From contig CAVSCR010000005.1 of assembly GCA_963726575.1 (NCBI GenBank), forward strand, positions 369,130 to 433,129: a stretch of 64,000 nt of DNA. Reading direction: 5' to 3'. The position numbers were made by a program, and so were the translations under genes. The number at the start of each line of letters is the position of its first letter. Position 1 is the first letter of the stretch. This document shows positions 19,206 through 28,370 of the stretch, piece after piece. Origin of the DNA: an uncultured Actinomycetota bacterium (GTDB lineage: Bacteria > Actinomycetota > Actinomycetes > JAHEKZ01). Below the pieces are notes generated by a model, which was not told where the DNA came from, did no database searches, and worked only from the letters and a program-made list of their open reading frames with translations.

Positions 19206-20008
19206 GCTCCGAGTTCGCCTCCGCGATGCACCCGGCCCACCACACGGACCTCGAACCGGAGGACCGGCGGATCATCCGGCCGTACGGGGACACCACGGGC
19301 GACGGTGCCGTCCAGGTGTCGTTCACGCTGCCGGTCAAGCACGACAAACGCGCCGAGGGGGCTGCCCTGCAGCTCGCTGCGAAGATGGGCCTGGAGCCGG
19401 CGATGGTCGTCCACGCCAAGCCGATGGGTCCGCACTTCACGTTCTTCGTCGTGTACGGCAGGGTCAACCACCTGGTCGACCTGGGCAAGGTGACCGTCGT
19501 AGAGCGGGAGTTCCCTTCGCTGTCGCCGAAGGAGTGCAACGCCAGGATCAAGGCCGTCCTGCACCGTTCCCTCGTGGTCGTCGGGGCGTGCATCGGAACC
19601 GACGCGCACACCGTTGGGATCGACGCGATCCTGAACGTGAAGGGATGGGCGGGCGAGAAGGGTCTGGAGGCCTACGGCGCGTTCGCCGTGATCAACCTGG
19701 GCGCCCAGATGGCCGTTCCGGACCTCGTGAACGCGGCCATCGAGCACCATGCCGATGCCGTGCTCGTGTCGCAGGTCGTGACGCAGAAGGACGCCCATAT
19801 CCACAACGTGACGCAGCTGTCGGCAGCGTTCCGTGAGGCTTACCCCAAGGGCGAGACCCCGCTGTTGATCGTCGGTGGCCCACGCATGGACGAGACCTGG
19901 ACCAAGAAGCTGGGCGTGGACCGCATCTTCGGCAAGGGGACGACACCCAACGACGTGGCCAGCTACCTGGTTCACGAGCTGGCGGCGCTGCCGAAGGTGG
20001 CGTCATGA
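19202..20008 (+). CDS. kamE: Lysine 5,6-aminomutase beta subunit (B12-binding, KamE)
   Basis: A cobalamin-binding DxHxxG motif is present ([12 protein letters not shown]) on a Rossmann-like B12 domain. It is coupled by ATGA on both sides. Confidence 0.8.
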   Translation: MSSEFASAMHPAHHTDLEPEDRRIIRPYGDTTGDGAVQVSFTLPVKHDKRAEGAALQLAAKMGLEPAMVVHAKPMGPHFTFFVVYGRVNHLVDLGKVTVVEREFPSLSPKECNARIKAVLHRSLVVVGACIGTDAHTVGIDAILNVKGWAGEKGLEAYGAFAVINLGAQMAVPDLVNAAIEHHADAVLVSQVVTQKDAHIHNVTQLSAAFREAYPKGETPLLIVGGPRMDETWTKKLGVDRIFGKGTTPNDVASYLVHELAALPKVAS

Positions 20009-20400
20009 GCGATCCGCGAGAAGGCCTCACGGTCGTGCACCGGCGCTACGTCCCTTCGTCGCACGCGCACTACGCGGGCAACCTCGTCGACGGTGCGTAC
20101 TCACTGGGACTGTTCGGGGACGTCGCAACCGAGGCCTGCATCCGTACCGACGGTGACGAGGGTCTGTTCGCCTCCTACGACGATGTCCAGTTCCTTGCGC
20201 CCGTGCGGGCCGGAGACGTCCTGGAGATCGAGGCGGTGGTGGAACGGATCGGCACCCGCAGCCGCAAGATGCGCTTCGAGGTTCGCGTCATCTGTCGGGG
20301 CCGACCCGACCTGGGGGAGTCCGCTGCGCAGGTCCTGGACCCGCCGATCGTGGCCACGACTGCTTCGGGCACCGTCGTCGTCCCGCCCGCTGGTGGCTGA
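20005..20400 (+). CDS. kal: Hotdog-fold protein, putative 3-aminobutyryl-CoA ammonia-lyase (Kal-like)
   Basis: The 131-aa hotdog-fold protein ([22 protein letters not shown]...[17 protein letters not shown]) sits at the end of the lysine cluster. The exact enzyme identity is inferred from context. Confidence 0.55.
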   Translation: MSDPREGLTVVHRRYVPSSHAHYAGNLVDGAYSLGLFGDVATEACIRTDGDEGLFASYDDVQFLAPVRAGDVLEIEAVVERIGTRSRKMRFEVRVICRGRPDLGESAAQVLDPPIVATTASGTVVVPPAGG

Positions 20401-21895
20401 CTCCCGCCCACTCGTGCTGCGTCTGGCGCTGGCCGCGTTGGCCGGGGTGGTGCTCGTAGCCGCGTTCCCGCCGTTCGACTGGTGGCCGCTGGCCGTGCCG
20501 TCCGTGGCGGCTCTGGTGCTGTTGTGCCGCGGCCGCAGCGGCCGCGTCGGTGCCCTCGTCGGGCTGGTCTACGGACTGACGTTCTTCCTCGGACTCATGC
20601 CGTGGCTGCGGGTGATCGGACTGGACGCCTGGATCCTGCTCTCGCTGGAGTGCGCCGTGTGGCTGAGCCTGCTGGGCCTGATGCTCGCCTACCTCACCCG
20701 GCTCCCCGGCTGGCCGGTGTGGACTGCCGCCGCGTGGACGGTGCAGGAGGCCTTGCGCGACCGGGTGCCGTTCGGCGGGTTCCCGTGGGGTCGTCTGGCG
20801 TTCGCCAACCCCGACAGCTCCTTCACGGGTCTGGCTGCCATCGGCGGAGCGCCCCTGGTGACGTTCGCCGTCGCGCTCGCCGGCGGCTGCCTCGCGTGGG
20901 CCGTGGTCTCGTGGCGGTCGTGGCGCACGCTCATGGCCGCCGGTGCCGGGTTGCTGGCCGTGACGCTGATCGGTTTCGCTGTGCCACGCCCGAGCTCCGG
21001 GCCGCCCGTGACCGTCGCCGTGGTCCAGGGGAACGTCCCGACCAGTGGCATGGACGCGTTCGGGAGAGCCAGGGCGGTCTTGGAGAACCATGTGAACGCC
21101 ACGCTTGCGCTGGCCAACGACGTGTCCCAGGGAAAGGTGGCACAGCCGGACTTCGTGGTCTGGCCGGAGAACTCCTCCGACGTGGATCCGGCCGTGGACC
21201 CGCAGGCGAAGGCGGAGATCTCCGCGGCTGCGGCGGCGATCGGCGTCCCGATCCTGGTCGGCATCGTCAGCACCTCGCCGGGCGGTCGCTACCTGATGAA
21301 CACGGGCGTCGTCTGGGACCCCAAGACCGGTCCTGGTGAGGTGTACGTCAAACGGCATCCGGTGCCGTTCGGGGAGTACGTCCCCTTTCGCAGCCTGCTG
21401 TCCCCTTGGATCTCGCGGTTGTCCCGGATCCCCAAGGACTACCTGGCGGGCACGAAGCCTGGCGTGCTCGACATCGCTGGCGCGACCGTCGGGGATGTCA
21501 TCTGCTTCGAGGTCGCCTACGACAGCGTGGTGCGTGACGTCGTCACTGGTGGCGGCCAGCTGATCACCGTCCAGACCAACAACGCCACCTACGGGCACAC
21601 CGGTCAGGTCGAGCAGCAGTTCGCCATCAGCCAGCTACGTGCGGTCGAACATGCTCGAGCCGTCGCCGTGGCCGCTACGAGCGGCATCAGCGGTTTCGTC
21701 CTCCCCGACGGCACGGTGACCCAGCAGACGCCGGAGTTCGTGCAGCGGACGCTGGTGGAGTCGCTGCCGAGGCGGACGGCCCTGACCCTGGCCGACCGCC
21801 TCGGTTCGGTCCCGGAGCTGGCTCTGGTTATGGTCGGAGTGGCCGCGTTCCTCGTGGCACTGATCCGCCGCCGTAAGGACAGAACCGCTGAGTGA
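20393..21895 (+). CDS. lnt: Apolipoprotein N-acyltransferase
   Basis: A multi-TM N-terminus is followed by a CN-hydrolase domain ([10 protein letters not shown]...VVWPENSSD...). A GTG start overlapping the kal stop is proposed. The long track ORF 5' of 20393 is antisense/overlap artefact. Confidence 0.8.
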   Translation: MADSRPLVLRLALAALAGVVLVAAFPPFDWWPLAVPSVAALVLLCRGRSGRVGALVGLVYGLTFFLGLMPWLRVIGLDAWILLSLECAVWLSLLGLMLAYLTRLPGWPVWTAAAWTVQEALRDRVPFGGFPWGRLAFANPDSSFTGLAAIGGAPLVTFAVALAGGCLAWAVVSWRSWRTLMAAGAGLLAVTLIGFAVPRPSSGPPVTVAVVQGNVPTSGMDAFGRARAVLENHVNATLALANDVSQGKVAQPDFVVWPENSSDVDPAVDPQAKAEISAAAAAIGVPILVGIVSTSPGGRYLMNTGVVWDPKTGPGEVYVKRHPVPFGEYVPFRSLLSPWISRLSRIPKDYLAGTKPGVLDIAGATVGDVICFEVAYDSVVRDVVTGGGQLITVQTNNATYGHTGQVEQQFAISQLRAVEHARAVAVAATSGISGFVLPDGTVTQQTPEFVQRTLVESLPRRTALTLADRLGSVPELALVMVGVAAFLVALIRRRKDRTAE

Positions 21896-21929
21896 GCCAC
21901 TGAGTGACCTGCCGTCGCGCACGCTCGTC

Positions 21930-22673
21930 GTGATCCCCACCTACGACGAGCGACTGACGCTGCCCACGACCCTCGCCGCCGTCCGTCGCACCGTCCCTGA
22001 GGTCGACGTGCTGATCGTCGACGACAACAGCCCCGACGGCACCGGGCAGCTCGCCGACCAGCTCAGCGCCGAGGACCCACAGACCCACGTGTTGCACCGG
22101 CCCCGGAAGCAGGGCCTTGGGGTCGCCTACCTGGCCGGCTTCGACTGGGCCTTGCAGCGCGACTACGACGTGATCGTCGAGATGGACGCGGACGGGTCGC
22201 ACCGGGCGGAAGACCTGCCGCGGCTGCTGTCAGCCTTGGACCACGCCGACTGCGTCATCGGCTCACGCTGGGTGCCGGGCGGACGAGTGGTCAACTGGCC
22301 GCGCAGTCGCGAGGCTCTCTCGCGCGGTGGCAACGCCTACACGAGGACCCTGCTGGGGATCGCGGTCCGCGACGCCACGGCCGGCTTTCGGGCCTACCGC
22401 GCTGACGTCTTGCGCGGGGTGGACCTGGCGTCGGTGGACTCCCAGGGCTACTGCTTCCAGGTCGACCTGACCCGCCGCGCGCTCGCCGCGGGGTTTCGGA
22501 TCGTGGAGGTGCCCATCACGTTCGTCGAACGCGAGCAGGGCGAGAGCAAGATGAGCCGCGCGATCGTCGCCGAGGCGTTGGCGCAGGTGACGCTGTGGGG
22601 GATCCGCCAGCGCTTGGGGCGCGGGCTCCCGACCCGCCGGTCCGCGGCTGCGCCGACGCAGCGGCGCCCATGA
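21930..22673 (+). CDS. ppm1: Polyprenol-monophosphomannose synthase (GT2, DPM1-like)
   Basis: GT2 motifs are present (VIPTYDERLTLP, VDDNSPDGT, EMDADGSH). It follows lnt as in actinobacteria, where lnt and ppm1 are adjacent or fused. Confidence 0.8.
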   Translation: MIPTYDERLTLPTTLAAVRRTVPEVDVLIVDDNSPDGTGQLADQLSAEDPQTHVLHRPRKQGLGVAYLAGFDWALQRDYDVIVEMDADGSHRAEDLPRLLSALDHADCVIGSRWVPGGRVVNWPRSREALSRGGNAYTRTLLGIAVRDATAGFRAYRADVLRGVDLASVDSQGYCFQVDLTRRALAAGFRIVEVPITFVEREQGESKMSRAIVAEALAQVTLWGIRQRLGRGLPTRRSAAAPTQRRP

Positions 22674-22698
22674 CGAGGCAGCCCATGAGGAGGCAGCC

Positions 22699-23205
22699 AT
22701 GAGGTGGGGCGGCTTCCTGACGTTCGTCGTGTGGCCGTGCGTCGAGATCGCGGTGGCGATCGCGCTGGCCCAGAGCTTCGGGTGGGGTCCGGTCATCGCC
22801 GCGCAGGTCCTCCTCTCGGTGCTAGGACTCCTCGTGCTGCGAGCGGCCGGCAAGCATTCGGCCCGGGCGCTGTCCCGGCTCAGCGCCGGCGGCGGCCTGC
22901 CCACCGCAGGAGAGACCGCTGATACCGGCCTGCACTTCCTGGCCGGTCTGCTGCTGTTCGTCCCGGGCTTCGTGTCCGACGCGGTCGGTCTTCTGCTGAC
23001 CATCCCGCCGGTCCGCTCCCTCACCTTGGGTCTGGTGGGCGGTGCGGTGGCTCGCCGGGCCGGTCGCTGGGTGGTGATCGGCGAGCGCTTCCCGATGTCC
23101 GACGCCGGTCGCGGAGGACCGGTGATCCCCGGGCAGGTGGTGCGCGAGGACCAGCCACGACCGCCGGACAGCCCTCCGCCCCCGGCATTGCCGGGGGCGG
23201 AGTAG
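22699..23205 (+). CDS. fxsA: FxsA-family membrane protein
   Basis: The FxsA signature (VPGFVSDAVGLLLTIPPVR) is present with two TM segments. Confidence 0.75.
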   Translation: MRWGGFLTFVVWPCVEIAVAIALAQSFGWGPVIAAQVLLSVLGLLVLRAAGKHSARALSRLSAGGGLPTAGETADTGLHFLAGLLLFVPGFVSDAVGLLLTIPPVRSLTLGLVGGAVARRAGRWVVIGERFPMSDAGRGGPVIPGQVVREDQPRPPDSPPPPALPGAE

Positions 23206-23242
23206 TCGGCCGAGGTGGGTCGGGCTGAGGTCGTACGGGCGG

Positions 23243-23602
23243 TCAGGCGCTCTTGCGGGTGTCCGGTGCGCCACCGTTGGCGCGCAGCAGGTCTAGGCGC
23301 TCGGCCAGGAGCTCTTCCAGCTCGGGGATCGTGCGGCGCTCCATCAACATGTCCCAGTGGGTGCGGGCCGGCTTGACCGGCTTCTCCTCGGGACGGGCAC
23401 CGTCGCGCCGCAGCGCCAGCTGGCCACAGGTGCGGCACTCCCAGGTCGCGGGCACGTCCGCCTCTTCGGCGAACGGCATCGTGAAGGAGTGCCCTTCGGG
23501 GCAGTCGTAGGTGGTGTCGCGTCGAGCGGCCGGCAGGACGCCCTCATCGGTCTCGTAACTCGTTGCGCCCAGGCGCGTTCCGCGCAGCGCTCGATCGCTC
23601 AT
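23243..23602 (-). CDS. rbpA: RNA polymerase-binding protein RbpA
   Basis: The sequence aligns closely to mycobacterial RbpA (LRGTRLGATSYETD...KPVKPARTHWDMLMERRTIPELEELLAERL). The start is assigned to the internal Met, so the track ORF N-terminal extension is rejected. Confidence 0.85.
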   Translation of the reverse strand: MSDRALRGTRLGATSYETDEGVLPAARRDTTYDCPEGHSFTMPFAEEADVPATWECRTCGQLALRRDGARPEEKPVKPARTHWDMLMERRTIPELEELLAERLDLLRANGGAPDTRKSA

Positions 23603-23836
23603 GGGGGCCTCTCCTCGGCCTCGTGGGCCGGTGCAGGTGGGGGAAGTGGGCTGGGTAGTGGCGAAACGCGCAGGGGAGGAGGTTTCTTCCCCCGCCCGCT
23701 CGCGCCGGCGGTCTTGCAGTCGTTTCAACGACTGCCGATTCCGACGTTCCCGAGCCGTTCTAGGTTCCCGAACCCGACCCCCAGAAGCAAACCGCCAGGC
23801 CGGTGAACCGGCCCGGTCTCTCTGCGGCAGCGCGGG

Positions 23837-25576
23837 TCAGGACAGGCCGACGATCTGTCCTGCCTCGTCCAGGTCGATCCGCTCGGCTGCCGGATGACCG
23901 GACAAACCGGGCATAGTCCGCACATCGCCACAGATCGCGTAGACGTACCCGGCGCCGGCGGCCAGCCGCACCTCGCGCACCGGCAGGTTGCCCCAGTCGG
24001 TCGGGGCCCCCGGCAGCGACGCATCGCTGGTGATCGATAGGTGGGTCTTGGCGATCACCACGGGCAGGCCGCCGTAGCCGAGCTTCTCGTAGCGGGCGAT
24101 CTGGGTGGCCGCCGTGCCCGAGACGTCGACGCCGTCGGCGCCGTACAGCTCGGTGGCGATCTTCTCGATCTTGGCCACCAGCGGCTGGTCCAGGTCGTAG
24201 AGGTAGGTGAAGTCGTGCGACTCCGCCGCCGCCTCCTCGACCGCCCTGGCCAGGTCCATCGCCCCGGCACCCCCGTCAGCGAAGTGGGTGCACACGGCCA
24301 CCCGGGCGCCGACCGACTCCGCCAGCTTGCGGATCGCGTCGTGCTCGCTGGCGTGGTCGGTGGGGAACGCGTTGATCGCGACCACGGGGGAGACCCCGAA
24401 CTTGCGCACGTTCTCGAGGTGCTTCATCAGGTTGGCCGCACCCGCGATGACCTCGTCGGGGTTCTCGGCGAGCAGCGCCTCCGGCAACGGCTTGCCCGGA
24501 CGGATGTCGTGGTTGCCGGAGTGAGCCTTCATCGCGCGCACCGTGGTGACGAGCACTGCGGCATCCGGCTGCAGGCCGCTGACCCGGCACTTGACGTCGA
24601 AGAACTTCTCGGCACCGATGTCGGCTCCGAACCCGGCCTCGGTGATCAGGTAGTCGCCCATGCGGATGCCGATCCGGTCGGCGACCACCGAGGAGTTGCC
24701 GGTGGCGATGTTGCCGAACGGTCCGGTGTGCACCAGCACCGGCTGCCCCTCGATCGTCTGCAGCAGGTTGGGCTTGAGCGCGTCCTGCAGCAACACCGCC
24801 AGCGAGCCAGCCGCGTGCAAGTCTTCAGCGGTGACGGCAGCCCCGTCCTTGTCGTAGCCGACGACGACGCGTCCCAGGCGGGCCCGCATGTCCTGGTCGT
24901 CGGTGGCCAACGCCAGCAGCACCATCAGCTCGCTCGCGGCGGTGATGTCGAAGCCGGTCTGTCGGGGGATGCCGTCGACCTTGGCACCCAGACCGATGAT
25001 GACGTTGCGCAGGGCGCGGTCGTTGACGTCCATGACCCGACGCCACTCGATGCTGGGGATGTCGATGTTGCGGGGGTTGCCCTGGAACAACGAGTTGTCC
25101 AGCATCGCCGCGAGCAGGTTGTGGGCCGCGGTGATGGCGTGGAAGTCTCCGGTCAGGTGCAGGTTGAGCCGCTCCATGGGGATGACCTGGCTGTAGCCAC
25201 CGCCGGCCGCCCCGCCCTTGATCCCGAAGGTCGGTCCCATGGACGGCTGCCGCAGGGCCAGCGTCGCCTTGCGGCCCAGCCGACCCAGCCCCTGGGCCAG
25301 CCCCACCGACGTCGTCGTCTTGCCTTCCCCCAGCGGGGTCGGCGTCACCGCTGTCACCAGGATGTACTTGGCCTTCGGGCGGTCGGCCAGCGCGTCGATC
25401 GCGGCCAGGTCGATCTTGGCCACGTCGGAGCCGTAGGGGACGAGATACTGCGCCGGCAGGTCGGCAGCGGCTGCGATGTCGGTGATGGGTTGCACCGTCG
25501 ACGCGCGGGCGATGTCGAGGTCACTGGGGATGCTCAACCTGGGAACCTTGGTCTCCGGAGGCAGGGCGTACGTCAA
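23837..25576 (-). CDS. fhs: Formate--tetrahydrofolate ligase
   Basis: Full-length FTHFS similarity is present, with a P-loop region (PTPLGEGKTTTSVGL). It appears to use a TTG start. Confidence 0.9.
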   Translation of the reverse strand: MTYALPPETKVPRLSIPSDLDIARASTVQPITDIAAAADLPAQYLVPYGSDVAKIDLAAIDALADRPKAKYILVTAVTPTPLGEGKTTTSVGLAQGLGRLGRKATLALRQPSMGPTFGIKGGAAGGGYSQVIPMERLNLHLTGDFHAITAAHNLLAAMLDNSLFQGNPRNIDIPSIEWRRVMDVNDRALRNVIIGLGAKVDGIPRQTGFDITAASELMVLLALATDDQDMRARLGRVVVGYDKDGAAVTAEDLHAAGSLAVLLQDALKPNLLQTIEGQPVLVHTGPFGNIATGNSSVVADRIGIRMGDYLITEAGFGADIGAEKFFDVKCRVSGLQPDAAVLVTTVRAMKAHSGNHDIRPGKPLPEALLAENPDEVIAGAANLMKHLENVRKFGVSPVVAINAFPTDHASEHDAIRKLAESVGARVAVCTHFADGGAGAMDLARAVEEAAAESHDFTYLYDLDQPLVAKIEKIATELYGADGVDVSGTAATQIARYEKLGYGGLPVVIAKTHLSITSDASLPGAPTDWGNLPVREVRLAAGAGYVYAICGDVRTMPGLSGHPAAERIDLDEAGQIVGLS

Positions 25577-25859
25577 CCGTCGCCCCTGACTTGCCTCCGG
25601 TCCTACTCAGGTGCGACGGCGTCCCTGGTGAACCTAGACCTGTTCGGCCGGTCAACTGAGCAGCACCCCGCCGACCTGGCCCAGTTGGCGCAAGGTGCCG
25701 GCCCTCAGGATCCAGAAGTGCCGATAATGGACATTATGTCAATCTACGCTTTCCGCAGCGCTCCGACGGAAACCCGCTCCCCATCCCCTGCCCGACCTGG
25801 CACCGTGGCCCCGCGCTGGACCGAAGGGACGCCCACGACACGCTGCAACAGGAGGACCG

Positions 25860-26627
25860 ATGGCGCAGGTACCGAATCGCCCGGTGGCGCTGGTCACCGG
25901 TGCGAGCCGGCGAGCCGGCATCGGCGCCGCTGTCGCCCAGCGCTTGGCCCTCGCGGGCTGGGACATCGCGCTGACCTACTGGCAGCCCTACGACCAGCGG
26001 ATGTCGTGGGGCTCGCAGCCGGACGACCTCGTAGCGATCGACGCAGCCCTACGGTCGGTGGGTGCCCGCACGCTGTTGGTCCCCGAGGATCTGGCGGACG
26101 TCAACGCACCGGAGCGCATCCTCGCGGCGGCCGCAGGCGGCTTGGGCGCGGTCACTGCGTTGGTGATGTGCCACTGCGAATCGGTCGACTCAGGTCTGGC
26201 TGACACGACGGTCGAGAGCTTCGATCGTCACTACGCCGTCAACGCCCGGGCGTCGTGGCTGCTGGTGCGGGAGTTCGCCCGACAGTTCGACGGGACGTCC
26301 GGCTCGGGGCGGATCGTGGCGCTGACGAGTGACGCCACCGTCGAGAACCTGCCCTACGGCGCGAGCAAGGCGGCACTCGACCGGATCGTGATCGCGGCGG
26401 CGCGCGAGCTCGCGGGTCTCGGGGTCACCTCGAACCTGGTGAACCCCGGTCCGATCGACACTGGCTGGATGTCGCCTGACCTTCGGGAGTCGCTGCTCCG
26501 GGAAGGCCCGTTGGGCCGGCTGGCCACGACCGACGATGCGGCTGCGCTCGTGGCGTTCCTCTGCTCCCCCGACGGCGGCTGGATCAACGGTCAGCTGCTC
26601 CACAGTGACGGTGGGCTCCACACGTGA
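25860..26627 (+). CDS. SDR-family oxidoreductase
   Basis: A TGASRRAGIG Rossmann motif and a YxxxK catalytic motif (YGASKAA) are present. The stop overlaps the next gene start (GTGA). Confidence 0.8.
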   Translation: MAQVPNRPVALVTGASRRAGIGAAVAQRLALAGWDIALTYWQPYDQRMSWGSQPDDLVAIDAALRSVGARTLLVPEDLADVNAPERILAAAAGGLGAVTALVMCHCESVDSGLADTTVESFDRHYAVNARASWLLVREFARQFDGTSGSGRIVALTSDATVENLPYGASKAALDRIVIAAARELAGLGVTSNLVNPGPIDTGWMSPDLRESLLREGPLGRLATTDDAAALVAFLCSPDGGWINGQLLHSDGGLHT

Positions 26628-27367
26628 GCCACGGCGACGAGGTTGCGCTGCCGGGCGGCAACGTGGGCGGCGCGGTGCGCATCGGCGACACCGTGCGCCG
26701 ACCTACCGGGCCATGGACACCGGCCGTGCATGCCCTGCTGGCACATGTCGGGGCACGGATGCCGCACGTGCCGCAGGTGCTTGGGTTCGACGAACAGGAA
26801 CGCGAGGTGCTCACGTACCTACCCGGAGACGTCATCGACATCGAGAAGCAGATGCTGACTGACGCGCAGCTCATTGCGCTGGTCGGCTGGACCCGTGACT
26901 TCCACGAGGCCGTCGCGGACTTCGACCACGAAGGACCATGGCGCTTCGTGCCTGGTCCGGAGCCCACGTTGATCGGGCACAACGACATCGCGCCGTACAA
27001 CGCCTGCTTCTCCGGCGACGCGCTGACGGGGGTCTTCGACTGGGACTTCGCCGGGCCCTCCTCCCCCTTGAACGAGCTCGCCTTCATCGCTTGGAACGGT
27101 GTCCCGCTCACCCGCGACCTCGGTACGCACGAGTCGGCCCGCCGACTCGCCTTGATCGCGCAGACGTATGGCGGCGTGAGCCCGCGGGCGGTCGTCGACC
27201 AGGTGCCGCCGCGGATCCGACAGATGTTCGACGGCATGGCCCGCGGCGTCGCGGCCGGCGACCCCGGAATGCTCCGGCTCGTGCAGCTGGGCGAGCCGCA
27301 GCGGTCCCAACAGACGTTGGCCGAGCTCATGACGCGGATCCCAGCGATCCGTCACGCGATGGCCTAG
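26624..27367 (+). CDS. Phosphotransferase (APH/choline-kinase-like) family protein
   Basis: An HNDIAPYN catalytic loop and a DWDFAG motif are typical of aminoglycoside-phosphotransferase-like kinases. Confidence 0.65.
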   Translation: MSHGDEVALPGGNVGGAVRIGDTVRRPTGPWTPAVHALLAHVGARMPHVPQVLGFDEQEREVLTYLPGDVIDIEKQMLTDAQLIALVGWTRDFHEAVADFDHEGPWRFVPGPEPTLIGHNDIAPYNACFSGDALTGVFDWDFAGPSSPLNELAFIAWNGVPLTRDLGTHESARRLALIAQTYGGVSPRAVVDQVPPRIRQMFDGMARGVAAGDPGMLRLVQLGEPQRSQQTLAELMTRIPAIRHAMA

Positions 27368-27374
27368 CGAGGGC

Positions 27375-27839
27375 CTAGCGGTGGGGACGCAGCGTCCAAC
27401 GCACGGTCATGGCCGCCGTCGGCTCGCTGGGCTCCTCGACGGCGTCGGAGTGCAGCACCACCTCGACGTCGAACTCAGGGCGGGTACCGGCATCGAGCTC
27501 GGCCAACACGGCGGACGGGTCCGCCGCAGTGGTCGCCGTCGCCGTCACCGTCCCCTTCGACAAGGACAGGTAACGGATGGTCGCCTCGACGGCCAGGGGC
27601 GTCACTCGCTCCAGCTGCTCGCCGAAATGGCGCAGGACCAATGCGCCCGCGGCCGTCTCCCCCAGCGTGAAGACCGCACCGGCGTGCTGCCCGCCGACGT
27701 GGTTGCGCGTGGCCGGGTCGTCGGGCAGCCGTAGTACCGCGGACTCGTCGTCCAGGGACACGAACTCCAGTCCCATCGTGCCCACGAAGGGAACCAGCTG
27801 GGGAAGCGTGCCGGCGACGGCGGCCAGGTCGAGCGGCAT
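27375..27839 (-). CDS. PaaI/DUF4442-like hotdog thioesterase
   Basis: The 154-aa ORF (MPLDLAAVAGTLPQLVPFVGTMGLEFVSLDDESAVLRLP...NHVGGQHAGAVFTLGETAAG) is hotdog thioesterase-like. It is the C-terminal end of a long, otherwise spurious track ORF. Confidence 0.5.
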   Translation of the reverse strand: MPLDLAAVAGTLPQLVPFVGTMGLEFVSLDDESAVLRLPDDPATRNHVGGQHAGAVFTLGETAAGALVLRHFGEQLERVTPLAVEATIRYLSLSKGTVTATATTAADPSAVLAELDAGTRPEFDVEVVLHSDAVEEPSEPTAAMTVRWTLRPHR

Positions 27840-27860
27840 CTGGGCAGCGTACGGGCTAGC

Positions 27861-28370
27861 GTGCCCGGCGTGAACGCGCCGGTGGGTCCCACCTTCGTCG
27901 TGGTCGATCTCGACGGTGTGCTGGCCGACACCCGGCATCGGCTCCACTGGCTGGACATCCGACCCAAGCAGTGGTCCCGGTTCTTCGCCGCCGCGGTCGA
28001 CGACCCGGTGCTGCCCGAAGGCCGCGCCGCAGTCGAGCTGGCCGCCCAGGCGCACCAGATCGTGTACCTGACGGGCCGCCCGGCCAACTATCGCGACGAG
28101 ACCAGCTCCTGGCTGACGCAGCACGCGCTGCCGGCCGGCGAGCTGCTGATGCGGACCGCGCGCGACCACCGCCCGGCACCGCAGATGAAGCTCGATGAGC
28201 TGCGCAGGTTGCAACGTCGAGGCGAGATCGTCATGGTCATCGACGACGACGAGGCGGTCGTGCGTGCGATCGAGCAGATCGGGATCCCGGTGACGCTTGC
28301 GCAGTGGATGCCGGAACCGAGGCGTCAGGCAAGAGCGCGCACGGCACGGGAGAAGACCCCCGGGACGTGA
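27861..28370 (+). CDS. HAD-superfamily hydrolase (phosphatase-like)
   Basis: An N-terminal HAD motif I (VVVDLDGVLADT) is present, and a late acidic motif (VIDDD) resembles motif IV. Confidence 0.55.
   Translation: MPGVNAPVGPTFVVVDLDGVLADTRHRLHWLDIRPKQWSRFFAAAVDDPVLPEGRAAVELAAQAHQIVYLTGRPANYRDETSSWLTQHALPAGELLMRTARDHRPAPQMKLDELRRLQRRGEIVMVIDDDEAVVRAIEQIGIPVTLAQWMPEPRRQARARTAREKTPGT

Noticed and set aside
22660-22700. Direct repeat gaggcagcc(c)atgagg x2 between ppm1 stop and fxsA start, creating a 5-codon mini-ORF (MRRQP*)
   Set aside because: It is too short to interpret and is probably a simple duplication spanning the RBS/start region of fxsA.
25577-25859. Possible ZTP (pfl) riboswitch upstream of fhs (formate-THF ligase), a classic ZTP-regulated gene
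   Set aside because: The conserved UGACUGGCG / CCACCGGG / CCGACCGCCUGGGCA cores were not found on the minus (fhs) strand. The only partial resemblance (ccgccgacctggccca) is on the wrong strand. There is a 10-nt direct repeat ccgacctggc (two copies) that may be an operator instead.
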